NCBI GenBank assembly: GCA_049512935.1
Contig: JBEKWR010000001.1
Coordinates: forward strand, 96,001-160,000
Origin: Candidatus Bathyarchaeia archaeon
Lineage (GTDB): Archaea; Thermoproteota; Bathyarchaeia; Bathyarchaeales; Bathycorpusculaceae
Direction of reading: 5' to 3'
Length of the DNA stretch: 64,000 nucleotides
Below the pieces are notes generated by a model. The model did not search any database, was not told the origin of the DNA, and saw only the letters and a program-made list of their open reading frames with translations. The stretch's first letter is position 1. Each line of letters starts with the position of its first letter. A program made the position numbers and the translations under genes. Shown here in pieces: positions 18,671 through 28,587 of this stretch.

Positions 18671-19615
18671 ATGGCTGAAAGTAAATTCTACACGCCGCTG
18701 AAAATAGGGTTATTCACGGTTGTTTTAGCCTATTTTCTGTTTGCTTTGCACGACACTTTCACCCTCTCATGGGTTGGCGAATGGAACCGCATAGGCGGAG
18801 CACACCACTTTCTGATGGACATCTTCGTGGAAGACATCGTTGGCTTCGTGGGGGTCGTCTTCAGATTCGCAGCCGGCATCATAGCCTTTGCGGCAATAGT
18901 CTATTACTTTGCCAAGAAAAACTTCTCGAAACCCGCATTGTTCAAGGTGGCAAGGTGGGTTGTGGTTTTCGAAGGCATTTACTGGTTTACGCTTCTTCCA
19001 ACAGGATTGTACGAGGTGCAAGACTTGTTTTTCACCAAAAGTTTCAGTCACCACACCTTAACGTCTGTTCTGAGTTCATTCGCGACAAACGGATTGCCTG
19101 TGTTGGTTGAATCTTTAGCCATTCCCGCTGTCTTGTTTGTTTTAGCTTACAAACTGAACCCAAACAAACCCTTTAAGGGAGTGATACAATGGGGACTGAT
19201 TGGCGGCACAGTTTACATCTTCGTGTTCTGGCTGCTTAACTTAACCATGTGGGTCACGACAACAAACATCAAAGGAACAATATACCTAACTTCCTACCCG
19301 CAGAACCTACTCAGCTACGTTCTAACCGCGTTCGGCATGCTGGCTTTGGCAATTTTCACCGCGGGATTTGCCGTGAAATCAAGAAGGGCAGAAACCATGG
19401 AAGAATTGAGCCTGAAAATCGTCGGCGTTATCATATTGGCTCTTGGACTCTACTACCTGTGGAACTATCTGACGTGGATTTACTTCGGAGGCTGGAGCAC
19501 CTGGTACGCGTGGTTCCTTGGACACAACGAGGACTTATGGATACTTTCCCTCCCGCTGCTTGGGCTCCCGCTGCTCTTTGCAGCTAAACCCAAAGAAAAA
19601 AATGCTTCAAAGTGA
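18671..19615 (+). CDS. Polytopic membrane protein of unknown function
   Basis: About 8 hydrophobic segments. Confidence 0.8.
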   Translation: MAESKFYTPLKIGLFTVVLAYFLFALHDTFTLSWVGEWNRIGGAHHFLMDIFVEDIVGFVGVVFRFAAGIIAFAAIVYYFAKKNFSKPALFKVARWVVVFEGIYWFTLLPTGLYEVQDLFFTKSFSHHTLTSVLSSFATNGLPVLVESLAIPAVLFVLAYKLNPNKPFKGVIQWGLIGGTVYIFVFWLLNLTMWVTTTNIKGTIYLTSYPQNLLSYVLTAFGMLALAIFTAGFAVKSRRAETMEELSLKIVGVIILALGLYYLWNYLTWIYFGGWSTWYAWFLGHNEDLWILSLPLLGLPLLFAAKPKEKNASK

Positions 19616-19706
19616 CGTCAATGTTGCAGGGGATTTCACTCAGGTTCGAACAGCTTTTTTTGTGATACCTTTTTAAAACAGTTAAACAGCATTCAAATTG
19701 GTTTCC

Positions 19707-20393
19707 ATGCGTAAATCAATCGTCTTTGCAGTCAACCTAATCGTGCTGTTAGGCGTTTCACTGTTGGGGGTAGCTTTTGCCCAGAGCAGTTTGGTCGGCG
19801 TCAAGGCAGGCGACTGGATTCAGTACCAAGTGACCGAAACAGGCAACCCCGCGTCAGAGTACAACATAACTTGGGCAAGAATGAACATCATAAACGTTCA
19901 AGGCGAAGTCATAACCGTGAACGTCGTAACCGCGTTCGGCAACGGAACCCTGTTTCCAGAAAACAGCATTCACCTCAACTTGGCAACTGGCGCAATCGGA
20001 GACGGCTTCTTCGTGCCCTTGAACTTAACCGTGGGCGACCAGTACCGCACCGAGTACGAAGGCGTCATAAACATGACAGGCACCAAACAGATTGAAGCGG
20101 GCGGCGCACAGCGAACCGTACTCATCGGCGTCACTAACGAGAGCACGTACAACTGGGATAGGCAAACAGGCATCATGGTTGCGGCAACGTCAAACCTGCC
20201 CGGATGCGTCATGTACACGACGACAAACCAAACCAACCTTTGGGCACCGCAAACATCTTCGCCACAGCCTCAGATTTTCGGCATAAACCAAACCACCTTT
20301 TACGCGCTTATAATCGGCGTAATCGCTGTCGTAGCGGTGTTGGTGGTTGCAAGCGTGCTGTTTATTCGCCGAAGGAAAAAGCCTGTGTCTTAA
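19707..20393 (+). CDS. Secreted protein with C-terminal TM anchor
   Basis: Signal peptide, GVKAGDWIQY, WDRQTGIMV, TM plus RRRKK. Confidence 0.8.
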   Translation: MRKSIVFAVNLIVLLGVSLLGVAFAQSSLVGVKAGDWIQYQVTETGNPASEYNITWARMNIINVQGEVITVNVVTAFGNGTLFPENSIHLNLATGAIGDGFFVPLNLTVGDQYRTEYEGVINMTGTKQIEAGGAQRTVLIGVTNESTYNWDRQTGIMVAATSNLPGCVMYTTTNQTNLWAPQTSSPQPQIFGINQTTFYALIIGVIAVVAVLVVASVLFIRRRKKPVS

Positions 20394-20447
20394 CCAACAT
20401 GCCAAAGCTTATAGGTATCTTGCAGAATAGCCAAGAATGGAAGAACC

Positions 20448-21785
20448 TTGTTAAAACATAAGAGAAAAATTCTTCGGGTTTCAATCTTAAGCTTAGCCTG
20501 CACAATGCTTTTCTTGCTTGCCGCAGGCTGCTTCCAGGGTTCCGCGGCGGTCGCTTCTGCCCAGCCAGTGGCTAACCCGAATGGCCCTGTGATCATAGCC
20601 AACTTTAACGTGCCAGTCGACCCAGGCTCATCCACCTTCATGTCGCGCGTCGTCTCCACCGCGCAGGGCCAACACGCAGCCGCTATTGTTATCGAGATGA
20701 ACACGCCTGGCGGATTCCTCAGCGACATGCTCGACATAATAAGTTCTATCACGGCTGCGAACGCTTCAGGCATCCCAACTTACACGTTCATCGTGCCTAG
20801 CGGTCTTGGCGCTTCAGCAGGCAGCTACATAGCCATGGCAACAAACAGCATTCTGATGGGCCCAGGCTCCGAAATAGGTCCAAGCACACCCATCGTGGAG
20901 GGCGGCACGGCGCTGCAGCAAAACCATACCGAAGACGCGATGATAAGCCTGATGCAAGGTCTCGCAGAGCAATGGAACCGCAACCCAAACGCGACTGCCA
21001 ACATGGTCATTTCTGACATTGCATATTCGGCTAACGATGCCGTGTCACTAAACGTTGTTAACGGCATTGCAAACTCTCTGTCAGACGCCATCAACCAATG
21101 GGGCTTGTCTGCCAATCCGCAGATAACGCTTAGTGAAAACCTATATGAACAACTGCTCAGCGCTTTAAGCAACACCATTCTGGACGGCATCCTCTTCCTC
21201 GTCGGAATCGTGGCAATCGTGCTTGACTTTTTACACCCAACCATCGTGTTGACTGTGCTGGGAGCCATCGCGATAGTTGCTGGTTTGATCGGCGCAGAGG
21301 TCGTCGGCGCCTCGCTCCTAGGCATCATCATTCTGATTGTGGCTGCGGGACTAATTGTTTTGGAGTTGAAGCTTGGACACGGCTTTGCACTTATCGCAGG
21401 CGTAGTTCTAGGAGCCATCGGAATCTACTTCCTCTCCTTCAACCTTTCCTACTCGCCTTCTCCGATAGGGGACTTGGCGATTCTTGAACTTAGTCTGCTG
21501 GTCGTGTTCGGAGTACTCGCAGGCTTGTACATCAGATTGGTCATCGGGCCGATAAGACGACGCTCAAAACTCACAGGCGCGGAATCTTTGATAGGGAGAA
21601 GAGGCATCGCGATAACCGACCTCAACCCCAAAGGCGAAGTCAGAGTTGAAGGGGTAATTTGGCGCGCCGAATCAGCGTCAGGCGAAATCGCGAAAGGCGA
21701 GCGGGTTACCGTAAAGGCGCTCAAAGGTCTGGTTGTCACGGTTGAAAAAGCGGAAGAGCCGACAAATCAAGCGTCCAAACCGTAA
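20448..21785 (+). CDS. nfeD: NfeD-type membrane-bound ClpP-class serine protease
   Basis: NTPGG, GASAGSYI, TM bundle, C-terminal OB-fold (L.PKGEVRVEGVIWRAES). Confidence 0.9.
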   Translation: MLKHKRKILRVSILSLACTMLFLLAAGCFQGSAAVASAQPVANPNGPVIIANFNVPVDPGSSTFMSRVVSTAQGQHAAAIVIEMNTPGGFLSDMLDIISSITAANASGIPTYTFIVPSGLGASAGSYIAMATNSILMGPGSEIGPSTPIVEGGTALQQNHTEDAMISLMQGLAEQWNRNPNATANMVISDIAYSANDAVSLNVVNGIANSLSDAINQWGLSANPQITLSENLYEQLLSALSNTILDGILFLVGIVAIVLDFLHPTIVLTVLGAIAIVAGLIGAEVVGASLLGIIILIVAAGLIVLELKLGHGFALIAGVVLGAIGIYFLSFNLSYSPSPIGDLAILELSLLVVFGVLAGLYIRLVIGPIRRRSKLTGAESLIGRRGIAITDLNPKGEVRVEGVIWRAESASGEIAKGERVTVKALKGLVVTVEKAEEPTNQASKP

Positions 21786-22825
21786 CGTCCAACTGTGAGT
21801 TTTTCAGCACCAGCCTGAGTGATTAGAACGGTGTCTTCAATTCTTACTCCGCCGTAACCTGGCAGGTATATTCCAGGTTCATCCGTAACGACGTTGCCAA
21901 CTTCCAAGACGTCTTTGCTGTCAGGGCTTAAAACGGGAGCTTCATGGATCTCCAAACCCACCCCGTGACCAAGGTTATGAACAAAAAACTCGCCAAAACC
22001 ACACTCTTCAATCGCCCGTCGCGCGGCAGCATCTACATCAGCGGCTGAAACGTTGGGTTTCAGAGCATCAAAGGCGCGTTGGTGCGCCAGCTTAACTGTC
22101 TCATAGATTTTCCTCTGCTTTTCACTGGGTTTGCCTGCCGTGAACGTTCTTGTCATGTCTGACCGGTAAAAGTCGCATGTTGCACCCAAATCAACCACAA
22201 CCAATTCGCCATCGCGGATTGTTCTGCTTGAGCAGGACCCGTGCGGAAACGCGGAGTGGGGTCCCGATGCGATTATTGTGTCAAAGCTTGTCCCGTCTGA
22301 CCCCTTTTTTCTCATAGCGTACTCAACCTCAGCCGCCACTTCCCTCTCTTTCACGCCGGGACGGATCATTTCAGAAGCCACCTGCATGCCCGCAGACGCC
22401 AAGCCGCATGCGTTCCGAATCAGCTGGATTTCCTGATCGTCTTTTACCCTTCGAAGCCTAAGTATCAGGTAATTGGCTGACACCAGTTTTTCTTCGCCTC
22501 CAACTGCTTTGGCAAGGGCACGCCAACTTTCAATCGGCAACGAGTCAACAGCAAACTTGCTGGCTGACGCCTGGTTTGTGATTTTCTCCATGAGGTTCTC
22601 GCCTCTTTTTAAGAGTTCAACGGTTAAGCCTTTAGCTTCCGCCTTTGCCTGGGCATAGTTCACTCCTGAAACGAAGAGTACATTTTCTCCCTGCTCCGGA
22701 ATCAGCAGCGCGGTTGCTCCCGGAAAACCCGTAAAGTAAGTCAAGTTGTTGGGGTTGAAAATTATGAAGTTGCAGGACATGCCTTGTTTAGTCGCTGATT
22801 GTTTTAGGGCGTCAGTTCTTTTCAT
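21767..22825 (-). CDS. pepQ: Xaa-Pro aminopeptidase (M24)
   Basis: [40 protein letters not shown]. Confidence 0.92.
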   Translation of the reverse strand: MKRTDALKQSATKQGMSCNFIIFNPNNLTYFTGFPGATALLIPEQGENVLFVSGVNYAQAKAEAKGLTVELLKRGENLMEKITNQASASKFAVDSLPIESWRALAKAVGGEEKLVSANYLILRLRRVKDDQEIQLIRNACGLASAGMQVASEMIRPGVKEREVAAEVEYAMRKKGSDGTSFDTIIASGPHSAFPHGSCSSRTIRDGELVVVDLGATCDFYRSDMTRTFTAGKPSEKQRKIYETVKLAHQRAFDALKPNVSAADVDAAARRAIEECGFGEFFVHNLGHGVGLEIHEAPVLSPDSKDVLEVGNVVTDEPGIYLPGYGGVRIEDTVLITQAGAEKLTVGRYGLDA

Positions 22826-23007
22826 TTTTTCGCCTGCGTACGGAAAAAATGGCTTTTGGACTGCTTTAACTTTTCGCTTCATTTTTGTTTTTTGTGTTGT
22901 GCATTGAAAAACAATTCGGTTTAAGCCTTGAAATTTTAAACAAAGTTCCCATTAACTTAATATAGTTTTCAATTAGATTCCCTTCATCAGGAATTTGAGG
23001 GGAAAAT

Positions 23008-24903
23008 ATGTTTGCTTATGCGGGAAAAATTTTATACGTAAACCTCACAACTGGAGAAATCAAAACAACTCCATTATCTGAGCAGATGGCGAAGGATTAC
23101 ATCGGTGGCATAGGCTTAGGCATCCGCTTGCTGTTTGACAATTCAAAACCGGGAACCGACGCTTACGACCCTGATAACCCAATAATCTATTTGACGGGCC
23201 CACTCAGCGGCACTATGGGGCCAACAGGCGGAAACAGCTACGCCGTCGTATCCAAATCTCCCGCAACGGGCGGCATCGGCAACGCTGAAGCCCACGGCTT
23301 CTTCGGTCCAGACCTGAAACGTGCAGGATACGATGCTGTCGTTATCAAAGGTAAAGCTCCGAAGCTTTCTTACTTGTGGTTAGACGATGACAAAGTTGAA
23401 ATCCGAAACGCTGAACACCTGAAATACGCGACGGTTAACGAAACTGACCATAAAATCCGAGATGAACTTGGCGACTTCTACATCCGTGTCTCAGCCATCG
23501 GCGAAGCAGGCGAAAAAATGTGCAGGTTCGCCGCAATCATAAATGATGAGTTCCGCGCCATAGGAAGAAGTGGGATGGGCGGAGTCATGGGCTCCAAAAA
23601 TCTCAAAGCAGTGGCTGTGCGGGGAACACATGACGTTAACGTTGCAAACCTAGAAGGATTCAAAGAATTTATCAAAATGATTTATGAACGCATGAAGGGT
23701 CCATCAACCAAGAAATATAAAACCTTAGGCACACCCGAAAACGTTCTTGTTCTCAACTCACTTTCAGCGTTGGCAACGAGGAACTGGACGAACGCAAGTT
23801 TTGAAGGCGCCGAAAAAGTCAGCGGCGAGTACTTCAACGAGCATTATGTCAAGAAAATTGTCGGCTGCGCAACTTGTGGCATGCGTTGCGACCACATCGG
23901 TGTCGTTCCTGAAGGACCGTACAAGGGCTCAACCTCAAGGCTTGAGTTCGAGTGCCTCTGGAGCATGGGACCACTCTGCGGCATCGACAGGTTAGACGCA
24001 ATTATCGAAGCAATGCGCATAGTAAACGAGTACGGCATGGACGGCATATCCATCGGTGTCGTTGTAGCATTCGCAATGGACCTCTATGAGCACGGCATAA
24101 TCACGAAAGAACAAACTGACGGAATTGATCTCAAGTTTGGAAATGCTGAAGCGTTGATTGCAGAAATCCACAAAATCGGCAAACGTGAAGGCTGGCTAGG
24201 AAATGCGCTTGCTGAAGGAGTAGCTAGAGCAGCTGAAATCATCGGTGGGGACGCGTACAAGTACGCCTGCCACATCAAAGGCTTGGAGTTGCCAGGCTAC
24301 GACCTGAGAACCTTAAAGACTGCGGCACTTGGCTTTAGTGTCTCGTTCCGTGGAGCATGCCACCTCAGAAACGGCGCTTACTCACCTGACGTTAAAGGCA
24401 AAGTAAACCGCTTCAAGATTGAGAAAGGCAGAGGCAAAATGATCACAGATGAAAGCTACATGTACAACATCATCGACTCACTCATCGTCTGCAAATTCAG
24501 CAGAGGCACATACTATGACGGTTGGAAAGACCTGACAAACTACTACACACTTGCGACAGGAATCCCGATTACACCTGAAGAAATGATCAGAGACGGAGAC
24601 AGAATTGAAAACCTAGCAAGACTCTTCAACATACGCGAAGGCAAAGGAACACGCAAGTACGACGATGTACCCTACAAAATAAAGCATTTCCCAGTCCCCG
24701 ACGAGGGACCAGCTAAAGGCGCCTGCGTCAACGACGAGGAAATGGCGGTAGGCTTAGACGATTACTACGCTTCAAGAGGCTGGACAGTTGACGGCATCCC
24801 AACCGTTGAACGACTGCAACAGGTAGGCTTAGGGGACTTGGCATACATTGCTGAAAACGCAATGAAAGCCGCTCAAGAAGCCAAACCACAAGGAGGCGCG
24901 TAA
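23008..24903 (+). CDS. aor: Tungsten-dependent aldehyde:ferredoxin oxidoreductase family protein
   Basis: YIGGIGLG, SKSPATG, GRSGMGGVMGSKNLKA, CxxCxxxC, GMDGIS, RGACH. Confidence 0.95.
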   Translation: MFAYAGKILYVNLTTGEIKTTPLSEQMAKDYIGGIGLGIRLLFDNSKPGTDAYDPDNPIIYLTGPLSGTMGPTGGNSYAVVSKSPATGGIGNAEAHGFFGPDLKRAGYDAVVIKGKAPKLSYLWLDDDKVEIRNAEHLKYATVNETDHKIRDELGDFYIRVSAIGEAGEKMCRFAAIINDEFRAIGRSGMGGVMGSKNLKAVAVRGTHDVNVANLEGFKEFIKMIYERMKGPSTKKYKTLGTPENVLVLNSLSALATRNWTNASFEGAEKVSGEYFNEHYVKKIVGCATCGMRCDHIGVVPEGPYKGSTSRLEFECLWSMGPLCGIDRLDAIIEAMRIVNEYGMDGISIGVVVAFAMDLYEHGIITKEQTDGIDLKFGNAEALIAEIHKIGKREGWLGNALAEGVARAAEIIGGDAYKYACHIKGLELPGYDLRTLKTAALGFSVSFRGACHLRNGAYSPDVKGKVNRFKIEKGRGKMITDESYMYNIIDSLIVCKFSRGTYYDGWKDLTNYYTLATGIPITPEEMIRDGDRIENLARLFNIREGKGTRKYDDVPYKIKHFPVPDEGPAKGACVNDEEMAVGLDDYYASRGWTVDGIPTVERLQQVGLGDLAYIAENAMKAAQEAKPQGGA

Positions 24904-24905
24904 AC

Positions 24906-25418
24906 ATGGTACGCCCGCAAGACAGAAAATTTGTAACAGCTGACCCAGAGAAATGCATAGGCTGCTGCGTCTGCGAGTACGCTTGCAGCATGGTTAACGA
25001 GAAAACATTCAACCCGACCAAATCACGCATCCGTGCGATGCGCATGGGGCCGCTCGTGAATCTGGCAGTCACATGCAGGCATTGTGAGGAACCCGCGTGC
25101 GTTGCGGCGTGTCCAAGGGACGCACTGAGCCAAGAAGAGGATTCGGGAATAATCCGTGTTGACGAGAACGCGTGCAACGGCTGCGGATGGTGCATCAGCG
25201 CGTGCCAATTCGGCGCAATGAACATGCATCCCGACAAGAAAGTCGTCTTCACATGCAACAGCTGCACAGACAACGAAACAAAAGAACCGCAATGCGTCAA
25301 ATGGTGCCCCGAAGAAGCCCTGACTTACGTTACGGCTGAAACGCTTGCGCAGAAGTACCGACAGAAAGCCGTCAAGAACCTGTTCCAAACGGCAGAAACA
25401 GAAGCCAAATCAAAATAA
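24906..25418 (+). CDS. 4Fe-4S dicluster protein (AOR-associated electron-transfer subunit)
   Basis: Four Cys clusters (CIGCCVCEYAC, CRHC..PAC..ACP, CNGCGWCISAC, CNSC..C..WCP); operon with AOR. Confidence 0.93.
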   Translation: MVRPQDRKFVTADPEKCIGCCVCEYACSMVNEKTFNPTKSRIRAMRMGPLVNLAVTCRHCEEPACVAACPRDALSQEEDSGIIRVDENACNGCGWCISACQFGAMNMHPDKKVVFTCNSCTDNETKEPQCVKWCPEEALTYVTAETLAQKYRQKAVKNLFQTAETEAKSK

Positions 25419-25482
25419 ACACTTTCACCTTAGCGCGTTTTTAAGCGCTCTCTCTTTTTTAGAATCTGGTTTTCCGCATTTG

Positions 25483-27540
25483 TCAGGTTGTTTTCTGTGT
25501 TATCGTACCTTTAGTGTATGGCACAAACTCCCTAATCTGCTCAATCGAAGTTTTCCCAGCTTTTTCCCGTTGCTCCTTAGGCAGCTTCAGCATCAGCGAT
25601 CTGAGGATTTGCTTCAAAAGCTCTTTACCAGCATAATCGCCAGGCACAAGGGCAACATAAGTTTTAGTTTTTGCCTTTACGGCGTCCACTGGTCCACCGA
25701 CAAAACATGTTTCCTCATTGACGATTATGCCTACGGCGGTTTTAAGCGGAACATTCCGTGTCCAATTGCGTTTGCCGACAACTGCAAAGGCGCCATGTGG
25801 AACAGATTCGCCCGAGGGCCCGCTCTTGCTTAGCTGGTCAACCTTAACCCAGTAGACGTCGGCTGACCCTGCGTTTTCACGCCATGCACGGGAAAACGAC
25901 GCCGCAAACTCGCCTGCTTCGCGGAGTGTTTGTTCTGGTATGGGTTTGCCTTCTGCTTTGACGACGGTGAAGGGTGCGCCTGAGATTTCCGCGTGAAAAA
26001 CGACATCCTCCTGCGTTGTGTATTTTTTTATTAGGACTTCGTTGCTGACGGTGTCTTTGCCTGCAACCACCAAAAACCCGTCGGAACTGTTGAACCAGCG
26101 GAATTTTTCATACCACTCCTTGTTCTCCATCGCTATCTTGCGTTTAGAGAGTGCCTCCACGATTTCCGCTGGCTTAAGACTCTTCAGCTCTTCAGCCGCA
26201 TTTAGCTCCTTCTCAATTTGGCTTAAGCGTTTCTTTGAATCCTCAAGCGCCGCCAGTGCCCCAGCAGTTTTCTCCTTGGCTTTTTTTCCGCGCTCGTAAT
26301 ATTCGTTGGCGTTGTCGAAAAGTGAGTGGCGCAGGGTTATGCTAAACTGCAACTCATCGATGCAAAGGTTCAAAGCCAAATTCCGTGCATCAAACGATTC
26401 GAGGAAAACTTCAGGAGGTTTGCCAGCTTTTTTAGCTGCTAAGGCTTCACTGATAAGGGTGTCCCAGTCTTTGCCTTCTCTATTTTCCCGCAAAAGCTTG
26501 TCCACAAATGTTTGAAGCTCGTTAAAATGGCTGTAGATTGTGTTGCCGATGGCTTTGTCGCGTTCAGTCTTCTTCTCTTCATCGTGAATTGATTTTTCTT
26601 GTTCAGCAACCACTCGTTTTAGCCGCTCTGACTCATGCTTTAGCTTTTCAACTTCCACGCTTGCAAGTGCCGTTTCAGCCGCCTTTACCTGAAGATAAAA
26701 CTCATCCAACGCCTGATTAAAAGTGGCGTAGGCTTGAGTTTTGCAGCCATCATACCTCTTAAGCTTAAGAGGCACAACATCCAAAAAACTTCCATCATCA
26801 TCAACAACAATGTTTGGATCCAAATTGCCTGCTGAAATCTTTGAAAGCAGACTTTGCAGCACATCAAAAACGCCGCTGATTTCCACATCCGTTAGGTCTT
26901 TGCATAGCTTAGTTTTATCCACGTTAGCTCTGAGCAGAACTTCCTCAGCGTAAACCCCGCCTAAGCCCAGTAAACGCGCCGCTGCCCTAACAACCTCAAC
27001 TTCGCCCGCATTCTTTAGCGCTTCTTTCAGCTCAGGCAGGAGGACTTTGAAGGGGTTTTTGCCGCTGGGAGGAGGAAACACCAAGATTTCGTTTCGCAGG
27101 ATGTTTCGGTCGCGCATGCGCTTAAAGAATAAAGCCTGCAGAATCTGGTTTTTCTCGTTTGTAAGGATGATGTTGCCTTCGCCGAAAATCTCCGCTATCA
27201 ATTTGAGCAGCCCATCTTTAGTCCTGAAACTCACAGTTACAATTCTTTCAAACTCGTACTGCTCAACGCCGGTCAGCCATGCCCCACGCAGACACCTCCT
27301 CAGAGACATACAAAACTCAGGCGGGGCAGCCGGGCTCTCAGGCGCGTAAACGGTGGAGTGCATTCTTCTACCCGCTTCCACGACGAACCTTATGGGCGGC
27401 GCGTCTACTTTGTGAAGCTTGAAAACCAGCGTTTTATCGTCAAGCTGGTAAATGTTGTTCACTCGGGAATCACTAATCAGCGGTTTCAGCTCGCTTGTCG
27501 CGGCGGCAACATCGAAGCTTGTGAACTCTTTTCTTCGCAA
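25483..27540 (-). CDS. rqcH: Ribosome quality control protein Rqc2/NEMF (NFACT family)
   Basis: FTSFD, QYEFERI, EIFGEGNIIL, WYEKFRWF.SSDGFLVVAGKD, VSKS-like SKSGPSGE; TTG start 27540 inferred. Confidence 0.93.
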   Translation of the reverse strand: MRRKEFTSFDVAAATSELKPLISDSRVNNIYQLDDKTLVFKLHKVDAPPIRFVVEAGRRMHSTVYAPESPAAPPEFCMSLRRCLRGAWLTGVEQYEFERIVTVSFRTKDGLLKLIAEIFGEGNIILTNEKNQILQALFFKRMRDRNILRNEILVFPPPSGKNPFKVLLPELKEALKNAGEVEVVRAAARLLGLGGVYAEEVLLRANVDKTKLCKDLTDVEISGVFDVLQSLLSKISAGNLDPNIVVDDDGSFLDVVPLKLKRYDGCKTQAYATFNQALDEFYLQVKAAETALASVEVEKLKHESERLKRVVAEQEKSIHDEEKKTERDKAIGNTIYSHFNELQTFVDKLLRENREGKDWDTLISEALAAKKAGKPPEVFLESFDARNLALNLCIDELQFSITLRHSLFDNANEYYERGKKAKEKTAGALAALEDSKKRLSQIEKELNAAEELKSLKPAEIVEALSKRKIAMENKEWYEKFRWFNSSDGFLVVAGKDTVSNEVLIKKYTTQEDVVFHAEISGAPFTVVKAEGKPIPEQTLREAGEFAASFSRAWRENAGSADVYWVKVDQLSKSGPSGESVPHGAFAVVGKRNWTRNVPLKTAVGIIVNEETCFVGGPVDAVKAKTKTYVALVPGDYAGKELLKQILRSLMLKLPKEQREKAGKTSIEQIREFVPYTKGTITQKTT

Positions 27541-27813
27541 CGCTTGCACCAATGGGTGTTTTTTAGTAGTTACCTTGTTTATAAAATAGCCTTTCATCTG
27601 CTTATGCTTTCCTAATATACAATTGGCCCCTACAGACCCTTGTTGCACATACAAATTTGGCTATAAGCTTCAACCATAACTGAAACTAACCTGCGAAATA
27701 CCGTCCAAGCGAAAAAGCCTAAACACCGCATTTTCGAGGGCAGAAACTGTTTAAAACTAGGCATGTTTTTTAAGCAAGAACAAAATATATTTTGCCGAAG
27801 GTTACGGAATACA

Positions 27814-28104
27814 ATGACGCCTGTTGTTCAACTTTACTGGATTCGAGTCTCGTTAGGAGTGGTTGCGGGGGTGCTTAGCGCGGTGATAGCCTTGTACCTG
27901 CCTTTAACCGACCTCAGCACGTTAATCGACAGCTTCACCATAGCTCTGATGGTTTACTTGGTGTCTTACTACCCGCTCAAGGCGATTTTCGCGAAAAAAA
28001 TAGAGAAACAATCAAAAATACTGAGCACGGGCATAATAATGTACTTCTTCGTTTGGCTGCCATTCTTCGTTCTGTTCTTCACGGCGTTCAAAGTCTACAT
28101 GTAA
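27814..28104 (+). CDS. Three-TM protein, EMC6/Rab5ip(OPTI)-like
   Basis: LYWIRVSLGVVAG..GIIMYFFVWL..LFFT pattern and 96-aa size. Confidence 0.6.
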   Translation: MTPVVQLYWIRVSLGVVAGVLSAVIALYLPLTDLSTLIDSFTIALMVYLVSYYPLKAIFAKKIEKQSKILSTGIIMYFFVWLPFFVLFFTAFKVYM

Positions 28105-28125
28105 CTGTGTGCAATTTTAAAAAAA

Positions 28126-28584
28126 TTATTCTTCGCTTTTCTGCAGGAAATTTGCGATTGTAGCTTGGCTCTTGTCGCTTCTCAAGGTCTCTATCTTTTC
28201 CTGTTCACCAGTCTTTTCTTCGCCGTTAGACGCCGCAGGGATGTCCATGCGTGTTAGAATGCGCATGCAATCTGCCCACGCCGAGAAGTACCCGCGGTCA
28301 AAGTCTCCGTGTAAACCGTTGCCCATGTGCTCAAGAAACTCTTTTCTGTAGTTGTGCAACGCGACTTTGTCGCTTAAGTCAAGCTTGGAAAAAAACGCGT
28401 AATCGTCCGTGGCGCTGTTCTTGCGGGAGAGGTAGATGCCGTAGAGCGCTCGGAAGTATCCTCTGTTCCACTCGGTTTTCTGCATCTTCTGCTTTACTCG
28501 TTCCAACTCGCGTTCTGCCTCGGTGAATTGCCTGCTGACTATGAGTTGGAAGTACCTTGTGACGAGGGCTTGTGAAATTGGCAT
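28126..28584 (-). CDS. Uncharacterised helical protein co-transcribed with radA
   Basis: Starts 3 nt after the radA stop; internally repeated (W/F)(N/D)RGYF motif. Confidence 0.8.
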   Translation of the reverse strand: MPISQALVTRYFQLIVSRQFTEAERELERVKQKMQKTEWNRGYFRALYGIYLSRKNSATDDYAFFSKLDLSDKVALHNYRKEFLEHMGNGLHGDFDRGYFSAWADCMRILTRMDIPAASNGEEKTGEQEKIETLRSDKSQATIANFLQKSEE

Positions 28585-28587
28585 ACT

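Noticed and set aside
27670-27692. TAGTTTCAG (minus strand) upstream of rqc2 as another damage element
   Set aside because: Only the ANTTTC hexamer matches; the second half is absent and the spacing is unsupported
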